Origin: Octopus sinensis
Lineage: Eukaryota
DNA length: 64,000 nt
Assembly (NCBI RefSeq): GCF_006345805.1
Contig: NC_043015.1
Location: 37,572,001-37,636,000, forward strand
Direction of reading: 5' to 3'
Made by a program: the position numbers and the translations under genes. The first letter of the stretch is position 1. Each line of letters opens with the position of its first letter. The notes beneath the pieces were generated by a model that saw only the letters and a list, made by a program, of their open reading frames with translations, ran no database searches and was not told the origin of the DNA. Below are positions 55,335 to 64,000 of the stretch, one piece after another.

Positions 55335-55607
55335 GGCGCGTGGCTTAGTGGTTAGGACATTCGGCTCATGATCGTAAGGTCATGAGTTCAATTCCCAGAG
55401 ACGTGTTATGTCCTTGAGCAAGACATTTTATTTCACATTGCACAGTCTACTCAGCTGGCAAAAATGAGTAGCGTCAGTACTTCAAAGGGCCAGCCTTGTC
55501 ACTCTGAATCTCCCTGAGAACTACGTGAAGGATGCACGTGTCCGTGGAGTACTCAGTCACTTGCACGTTAATTTCACGAGCAAGCTGTTCCGTTGATCGT
55601 ATCAGCT
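55335..55607 (+). mobile_element. tRNA-derived SINE group C (CORE-like head type 2, tail type 1), 3'-truncated
   Basis: A box TGGCTTAGTGG, B box GAGTTCAATTCC, tccttgagcaagacattttatttcac; tail shared with the 11725 copy. Confidence 0.9.
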
Positions 55608-55795
55608 AGGTCGGAAATTGTTGGACACTGCACAAGTGTGTGCAGAACGGTTTCGTCGCTCTGACCGCATCTCGGACAGATCGGCCCTGTGTTTCTCGAG
55701 CCGTGTCTGTAGAGCTTATTCCGAACGGGTAGCGCTTCTCGGTAGCACTGCCAGGCCAGGGATCTCTGGAAGTTGTCCATGGGCCTTGTGGCTTA
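55600..55795 (-). mobile_element. L1/Tx1-type ORF2 C-terminal zinc-binding fragment
   Basis: RSLAWQCYREALPVRNKLYRHG...CPRCGQSDETVLHTLVQC fits the zf-RVT CxxC-x8-H-x4-C pattern. Confidence 0.82.
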
Positions 55796-56019
55796 TTGAG
55801 ACAGAAGGTTGCGGATTTTTCGTATAGAAGATTTATGAGCTGTAAAAGGGTTGTCGGATGTGCGAATAAGCACACAAGTGTTACAGAATGGAATAGGAAA
55901 GATCCGGGCTACATATGTTTCATAGCGAGTGAAGCCTTAGAAGTGGTAAAATGCAAGTGGAGTGTATACCGCCGGCTACTCTTCAGGTCCAGAATGTCTT
56001 GATTAGATTAAATGTTATA

Positions 56020-57163
56020 TTGTCGCAAAGAGGTACACGTTGGCACAGGGAAGATTTAAGCAGAAGACGTAGAGAGCAGAGTATGAAAAGAGTATATAAA
56101 TGTAGTCAGAAATAAGTATTAGAAGAAGGGAAGAAAGAAGAAAATATAAGGACGTGAAAGGAAGGATGAATTTAAGCAAGGTCATTTGACTGGTGTTAAG
56201 ATTAGTTTTTGTTAAGGAGTTGAGGGTGGTATTGTTGGGTTGTATGGTATGATAATTATTGTGTCCGGTGCTATCCTCTGTATTGTTTTCTATTTTTATT
56301 TGGGCGTTGTTGGAAAGTTAAGGATCGGGTGTTAGCAGTGCCATTACAGTTGTAGTTATAAGGGTTAGTTTTGTTCAAGGGGTGAATTGTTGTATGGGGT
56401 TTATATGTATGGAGCTGGGGCTTATGTTGAGTTAATTTATTCGGGTGAAGCTTAGCTGGCTGTGGATTTCGGAGTTTCTTGTTGTTAAGATGTCGGATAA
56501 CTCTGGTTTAGAAAGGTTACGTGAACTTCTAAATATTTTTCTAATGGGAGTAGATTTACGGAAATATTTATCGAGTAGAGACAAGTAGAGTTTGAGTACT
56601 CGAGTTTGGACGGTAAGAGCGATGGGGTGGAACCAGATTACTTGACGGATTCTAATTCGTTTAGCCTTATGGGGGTTACCTGGGTGGAGATGGGGTTTTG
56701 GAGGTGTATGCTGGTGTCTGTTTTGGTGAGTTGTGGTATATATATGACTTGGAGTTATCTGGTAGGGGCGTCGTTTGTTAGATCGTTTCCTTCTCCGATA
56801 GTTGGACGGGTATTGGAAGGGTGGGATAGGGAGATTTTACGCCTAAAATATGGAGGTACGGAACTGGTTGTTGTTCCAGGTTTAGTGGAGAGAGGAATAA
56901 TCCAGATTGGGAAGAATTCAGATGAGTATTTATATCCCGTACGCTGTAAAACACAACTGTAATATTTAGCAGATTGATCGAATAATTGTTTAATAGCAGA
57001 CAGTGAGGAGATCCGGTAGGAAACGCTCTGCACAATAGACTTTAGGACGGAGGCGGGGTGGTTGGAGGAGAATTTCACGTAATGGAGGCTTTCCCCAGGT
57101 TTGTGATGTGGGTAGAAGTTTTGGCTTTACAGGTCCAGGTTTACGTCTAAGAAATTAGCAGTT
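56020..57163 (-). mobile_element. Penelope-like element, 5'-truncated: RT C-terminus and linker
   Basis: Minus-strand translation ANFLDVNLDL*...HKPGESLHYVKFSSNHPASVLKSIVQSVSYRISSLS, later VIWFHP...LSLLDKYFRKSTPIRKIF...RVIRHLNNKKL. These match PLE motifs FLD / SNHP / RISxLS / IIWFNP / KIFN / IIxxHN. Confidence 0.85.
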
Positions 57164-57177
57164 ATATATACATATAC

Positions 57178-57269
<92 letters not shown>

Positions 57270-58217
57270 CATACATACACACATACATACATATATGCAT
57301 ACATACATACGTTTATAGACACATACATACGTTCATATAAATATAAACATGATTCATATTATAAGCCCATATATGAGTATCTGTTTGCTCGTACATAGAG
57401 ACATATACATACATAATACATATACATATACATATATATATGTATATATATATATAAACATATATACATATACATATATATATGTATATATATATAAACA
57501 TATATATATACATATATATATACGCATATATATGTGTGCGTATGTGCGTGTGCGTGTGCATGTGTGTGTAAGTTTGTGTGTGCGTGTGTATAATAATCGT
57601 CGTCCACATTACTTTTTATTGTTATTACTTTAAATAAACTAAACCTTGTAAACAAGATTCTTCCCACTGATAGCAGAATATTGCGAAAAACAACATCAAC
57701 AACAAGTGGAGGATATAAAGTTTCTAATGGAAATATTCTCATTGTTTTTTCCTTGTTTCCTTGTGTTTGTGTGTGTGTGTTCTTTTTGTTTTGTTTCCTT
57801 TCTTATGGAAACACTTTATATTAAATAACAGAGTATTCCAGAAGAAATAGATTTGTTTATGTTTTTTTAGCCTTAGACATGATAATTCCAAATATAACGA
57901 CATTTTACTGTATAATAGGAAAGATAAAAAAATTAGGATTTTGAAAAAAAAGAAAAAGAAAGAAGGTTTAGTATAATAGTCAAGACAAACGCAGAAGTTG
58001 TAGAGAAAGAAAAATAATAATAATAATAATAGTAATAAAGTAACAACAACAATATACAGGAGCAGGTGTGTGTATACAATATATATGTATATATATGTAT
58101 ATATATTTATATATATATACTTCCATATATATATACACACACATATATGTATATATTGATATAGATATATATATGCACGCACACATATAGCTATACACAC
58201 ACACATGAATGTATATA

Positions 58218-58249
<32 letters not shown>

Positions 58250-58622
58250 TGCTTGTACGTATCTCTATATTTATACACCCATCTATATGTAGTAGGTTTA
58301 TGTGCGTGTATATATATGGTATTTCTCGATATGTTAAGAATATTATTTTGTGACTATTTTTGTTATTATTTTTATTATTAATGTTCCGTTAATGAGTGAG
58401 ACGAAGAAACTCAACTGAAGGAAACTTCTGAACCTGAGACGTAGAATGAAATATTTATCTGTTTGCAGCAGCTGTCTGTGACTCCGAAGTTTCGCTGAGG
58501 AATGCGCATCAACCCATGTTTGATAAGCGCTACCCAACACTATTTAGTTCGCCATTCGAGACAATGCATACTCTGCTAGACAAACTTCACACAAGACCGC
58601 TTACACATCACAGGACAAACTT

Positions 58623-58931
58623 CGCCGGTGGCCTAGTGGTTAGAGCAGCGGACTCGCGGTCGAGGGATCGCGGGTTCTAATCTCAGACCGGGCGATGTGT
58701 GTGTTTATGAGGGAAACACCTGAGCTCCGCGCGGCTCCGGCAGAAGGTAATGGCGAAACTTCTGCTGACTCATTCGCCACAACTTTCTCTCACTCTTTCC
58801 TCCTGCATCTTGCCGCTCACCTGCGACGGACCGGCGTGCCGTCCAGGTGGGGAACCTATACGCCAAGGAAACCGGGAAACCGGCCCTTATGAGCCAGGCA
58901 TGGCTCGAGAAGGAACAAACAACAACAAAAA
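58623..58931 (+). mobile_element. tRNA-derived SINE group C (head type 1, tail type 2) with (AAC)n tail
   Basis: TGGCCTAGTGGTTAGAGC...GGGTTCTAATCTC head; CpG-rich and so apparently young; ends gaaggaacaaacaacaacaaaaac. Confidence 0.9.
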
Positions 58932-59342
58932 CGAACTCCGTCAGTTATTAAACACTTCACCAAACAATCTAATCAGCACCTGGCAATGCAAATTAAACCT
59001 GACGTTCCAGTTATGATCAAACTACCATTTTGTATATCAGAGAATATGCTTTCATCTAAATAATTCCTTTTTGTTTTTTTAAGTTGGTAGCATGCGGTTG
59101 AATTTCTATCAGGTCTCAGCGAACGCCAAGAAGCGCCCTCATTTAATATTGCACATGATTGTTCTGTGCTTGCAGTAATGTATTGCAGTTTTCTCTTCCT
59201 AACTGCAACTTCGTCCTAACATTTCGCTCCTGCAGGCAACTCGGAACAGAGCTAATCAATATTATGACTTGCTTAGGAACTGTTGGCAATTTTAATATTG
59301 TGTCGCTCCTATGCGCTCACATACATTCCTTGTGTGTTGTGT

Positions 59343-59384
<42 letters not shown>

Positions 59385-59790
59385 TGTGTGTGTAAGAGAC
59401 AGATAGAGGAATAGAGGTATTATGTGTATGCAAACCTACGTTACAAAAAGAAAGCAAGCGTGGAAAAATTTAAATATATATTCGTAGCCTGAAACAAAAA
59501 TTAAAAGAAAAAAACTTACAACTTTAATAGATTTGCGATCGGTCTCATTAGAGGTGTCTGCATCGCTTAAACGATCCCAGAGAAACAGACCAGCAATCTG
59601 ATTATATACCCAGCAAAAATCCAGTAGGTTCAAAACACACACATACACACATACACGCGCGCACATACACCAAACATACACACACGCACATATTTGTATA
59701 TGTATGTACATGGATATATAGACATATATGTGTATGTATATATATAATATATATAAATATATGCATATATATATATAATATATATATATT

Positions 59791-59821
<31 letters not shown>

Positions 59822-59837
59822 ATATATGTATTATATA

Positions 59838-59883
<46 letters not shown>

Positions 59884-60676
59884 TATATATAAAAATACAT
59901 ATACCTGTATATACATATATATGTTTATATATAAATATATACATATACAAAAACATATATGTATGTATATATACATATGTGTTTGTATATGTGGTAGGAG
60001 AGATGTATATCTTCAGTGCTGCGAAGCGATATGAAATCTGCGCTAATACCATTAATGCACCGGCCTGTGTAACCCAATACAAAAACTGTCATCTTCTTTA
60101 TGTTGTTGTGCACACTAAAGAAGTCATTAAATTCACAAATAAAATAATTTTTTTAAAAATTCATAAGAAACAATAAGAATTACCAACAAAAAAATGAACA
60201 AAATCGAAAAGCAATTTCAAAAACAATAGCTAAAACATATATGTTGTAATTCTGAAAATAGAGTGGCAGAGATTGCAAAATTGAATACGATAAGATATCC
60301 TGAGTTAGAATTTATGGCCAAAAACAATACTGGTCTTGAATACGGAATGGCTCATTACGCAATTTATGGCACTAATTTGGACATTTTCTCACTGTTATCG
60401 GAACAGTTTTCATACAGTTTCTTATGAGAAGATTACACACAGGCAAACACACACACATATCCGTCACATGAACACGTATAAACTTATATATGGATGCATC
60501 CATCTACGTATATATGTATATGTATCTATGGCTTAAATTTAGAAATGTTTCACCGATATACGCAGAAAAGTCTGCTTCCAAATCAGAAACGAGATTCTTT
60601 CACTGTAATTTACTTAGCGACACAGTGGCCATGTACAAATAATGTTTTGCTTCAGAAATACATGTCTGCATATTAT

Positions 60677-60738
<62 letters not shown>

Positions 60739-60829
60739 TGTGAGTGTGTGTGCGCGCGTGCGCTTTGACAAGGCAATATATTATTAAAGAAAGCAAAATA
60801 TGTTTCCCAGTTATATTTTATGGGTAAAG

Positions 60830-61445
60830 TATATGTTCTTGAAGCGACTGCAAGCGAGAAACGACTCATAACGGTGCGCCAGGGATGTCTGCACATCTAC
60901 CCACCCACCATTAGCATTGACAGGCATTTAGTTCCTTGTTTTCTGTCGCTGCTCATAACTTCAATGTTGTTTACTTGCTCCTCTATAGGATGCGGAACTT
61001 TCCAGAATACAGCCTCCGACAATGCCTAGCGTTCAGCATAATGATAACAGCCAGAACGAACAGCCTCCCTCTTTTGTGCAATAACAAATAGAGAGGATTA
61101 GAATGTCTGCATAAATATCCTGATTCGTTCTAGAAATGTCTGGAGCTATCATGTGAAGCTTGGATTCTGTAACCTGAGGGTAAATTTGAGGTTCCTTTAT
61201 AGTGCAGCTTTTGGTTCTCTAAAAGAAGATTTCACCCTGCTAATGCTCTGAAGATGGTCAATAATATTGATTTTGAAATACCTGGTTGTTTGGTCTTTCT
61301 AAGCTTGTTTATATCACTCCATGCATGTTAGGAAGTCCTTCTTACTGTCAGATAATAAAGCATCCAAAATACTTGAAATCACCGACCTTCTGGGTTCGTG
61401 TGCCATCGTTTGAATAAATATAAAGATGGCTTCTATCTTCATTGG
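60830..61445 (-). mobile_element. RTE-clade LINE, RT C-terminus to 3' end (heavily decayed)
   Basis: Across frameshifts: DGTRTQKVGDFKYFG, SDSKKDFLT, WSDINKLRK, SKSILLTIFRAL and WRTVMSRFSLAVASR. This follows the RTE pattern VxDFKYLGS...KD...W...NKL...IF.A. Confidence 0.62.
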
Positions 61446-61544
61446 CGGCCATTTATTCAGGTTTATATGAATCGAAATACAGACTGACATCTGCTGCCGC
61501 AATCTCGAAGGATATTATCGATTCCTGCACATCACACGATCATC

Positions 61545-62400
61545 GACAGTGTAGCGACAGTATATTTCTTCGTTATAAACACATAGTACCACGCAACAAT
61601 GTTGTGACAGATTATGTAACCATTTACCAATGCGGAATCAATTCCCATCGAAAGACATAGAAATGCTATGTTCCTACGCTACCAAAAGTTATATACAATA
61701 TAATACCGTTGTAATAACAATCCTTGAATTGCGTAAATATGATATTTTTCCAGTTGAAAGTGTAGACTAATAAACATTACTCAAAATCAGAGACTAGCAA
61801 CTATATTTTTAGAGTGATGAGGTGGTAACAATAAATGTTACGTTATAGACACAACCTAGTTATTTTTACATCATGCCTCCTATTATCATATGGAATTAAT
61901 ATAATCACTTTGTTATAGCGTAGGTGTAATATATTTCTACGTTATATTGCCGAAATAAAGCATAATTGTATCGAAAGAACGTTTTACTCTTGAAACAATT
62001 CTTAATACAGATTAGCGACAATATATCAGCACACTCTTTCGTACTTATAATAGGTATCTTCCGTTATATAGCAAAAACAAAATTCCAGTTTATCGAATCC
62101 ACCTTATAGAGTAGAGGAGGTCTATTGCCATCATACAAAGTAGAGACGACATAAGTCTACGCTGTATTAAACAGATAATGTAAATCTACGTTATATAACA
62201 TTAGTATAACCTCAATTTACATATTGTAAGTTATAGCGTAGAGGCAATAATTTAGATCGACAGAGCGTAGTGACAATATAATTCTATGCTTTATCGTAGA
62301 CATTAAAGAACTGCAGTTGATAGAGAAGGGGTAATATATTTCCACGGAAACAGTGTAGAAATGATATAACTCCAAGTTGTATAGTGTAGCGCAAATATAT
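61545..62400. repeat. Highly degenerate ~30-bp tandem repeat
   Basis: Recurrent variants of GTTATAGCGTAGAGACAATATATTTCTAC, e.g. ttatagcgtaggtgtaatatatttctacg, gttatagcgtagaggcaataa, gagcgtagtgacaatataattctatg, cagtgtagcgacagtatatttcttcgttata. Confidence 0.7.
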
Positions 62401-63012
62401 TCACAGAAAAGAATGTCTATTTTCTCCAGTTACCGTAATTATGTAAATAATAAATTATAACTTATTGATTTCGTATTTCTTTACATTCTCCATAAATGTC
62501 AGTTTGTTTAGTAAAAGGATTTCTGCTGCAAATTTTCTACACTCGCCATAATTACAATTATGCTTTTTTTTTTATATTTACATATATATTTATTTCCCAT
62601 CAATTTGTTGGTGTTGTTGTTGTTGCTGGTGGTGGTGGTGGTGGTGGTGTGGTGGTGGTGGTGATATGATGATGCTGCTGGTTGTCATTGAGTTTCTTGC
62701 ACTTGCTTTCTTCGCGTTCTTTGTATGATTTGGTTGCATTTCACTGTGGAACTTATTCAACCAACTTTTGTTTCCAACCGAAACCAATTCTATCGCAAAC
62801 GCATTCCCGCACTCACGATAACCACTCACATACACCCGAATACGCACAAGACGTACGCCATAAACAAGACACACACACATAAACAAATATAAAGTGATTT
62901 GCATGAGGGAATATGTAAATACACATAACGAGCCAGACATTTATACATACATACATACAGTTCTGTATATATATTTATATATGTATACATGCATATATAT
63001 ATATATATATAT

Positions 63013-63089
<77 letters not shown>

Positions 63090-63330
63090 AAGTTAATCCA
63101 AACAGGAAAACACAAAAAAACACAACAACGCGAGGACGTGGAACCAATAAAGTATTATTGGACGCTCAGGAAAGAAGGAAAGAAGGAGGGTTTAACGTTT
63201 CGAGCGGAGCTCTTCGTCGGAAACATAGGAGAAGGAAAGATCCCGAGAAGGGAAGACAGAGGGAAAAAAATCGGCAGCGGTACTCACGTAGTCACATATT
63301 GAAAGACCGGAAGTAGAAAGGTGGAAGAAT
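63090..63330 (-). mobile_element. PLE-terminus-like repeat, copy 4
   Basis: Reverse complement CCGACGA-A-GAGC-tcc-GCTC-GAAAC-GTTAA at 63192-63220, then cctgagcgtccaataatac, as in the other copies. Confidence 0.72.
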
Positions 63331-63658
63331 AATGTTTTTTAAAGACAGGAGAGTTTTCAAAGACAGTAGGTAGTATGCCAAAGACAAGGAAAGTGAGAGG
63401 GGGAATGTGTGTGGATGTGTGCGTGCGCGGATGTCTGCGTGTGCGCGTGTGTGTGTATGTGTGCAATGATGACACGTGTGTGTGTGTATGTGTGTAGGGC
63501 GAACAACTGGATAGCAGCTGGCCAGTAGTAAGAATAAGGAGTGGTGTTTTTTGTGTCCAGCCACAGGTCAAAACAAAGAGGTATATGTGTGTGTGTGTGT
63601 GTTTTATTTCTAGTGTGTGTGTGTGTTTTGTTTGTAGTGTGTGTGTGTGTTTTGTTTG

Positions 63659-63703
<45 letters not shown>

Positions 63704-64000
63704 TATATATCTGCTTTATTAATACAGCTGCGAAAACATCACGAAAACTGTTACACAGAGTTTCACGTTCCCGTCCGACGAACGGGTACGTGAAGCTCTG
63801 AGTAACAGTTTTTTAAGCTTTTAGATGTGTATTGATATAAATGAATGTCATAAAACACACAGACCGCACGCAGGTCAAGGCTGTTATAATCATTTGAGTC
63901 CCAAAAAAAAAAACGTCAAAAATTATCAGATTTCAAGCGCAGAGCTGTTAGAAATAGTTGAATAAATATCGGTTCGTAAAGACCGGTGGATTTCTTTGGT

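Noticed and set aside
58623-58700. tRNA gene (also at 11725 and 55335)
   Set aside because: A and B boxes are present but there is no proper acceptor stem, and each continues into a shared repeat body; these are SINE heads.
61545-62400. CRISPR-like array of ~30-bp partly palindromic repeats
   Set aside because: Units are contiguous and heavily diverged, with no unique spacers and no cas genes, in a eukaryotic context.

Overview
AT-rich, microsatellite-saturated animal genomic DNA with one 100-N scaffold gap at 20821-20920. The SINE families and repeat landscape point to a coleoid cephalopod, most likely Octopus (inference). I cannot support any intact host protein-coding gene, rRNA, true tRNA or CRISPR array; nearly all ORFs in the track are translations of (TA)n, (CA)n, (TAGA)n, (ATT)n or (GAT)n. 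The recognisable content is mobile DNA. It includes more than 20 tRNA-derived SINE copies from about three groups, decayed LINE pieces (R4/Dong-type RT, RTE 3' ends, an L1/Tx1 zinc finger, a gag-like ORF1), two Penelope-like (PLE) fragments, a complete non-autonomous Helitron and a small inverted-repeat element. The most interesting signals are: two type-I hammerhead ribozyme motifs on the minus strand with long stem II and palindromic stem III; a four-copy element with a hammerhead-like core that always abuts (TA)n; a PLE that seems to lack its GIY-YIG endonuclease; two (TA)n-centred fold-back inversions that may be long-read artefacts; SINEs showing all four head/tail module combinations; and a cryptic, decayed ~30-bp satellite. 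All alignments and folds were done by eye, so boundaries are approximate.
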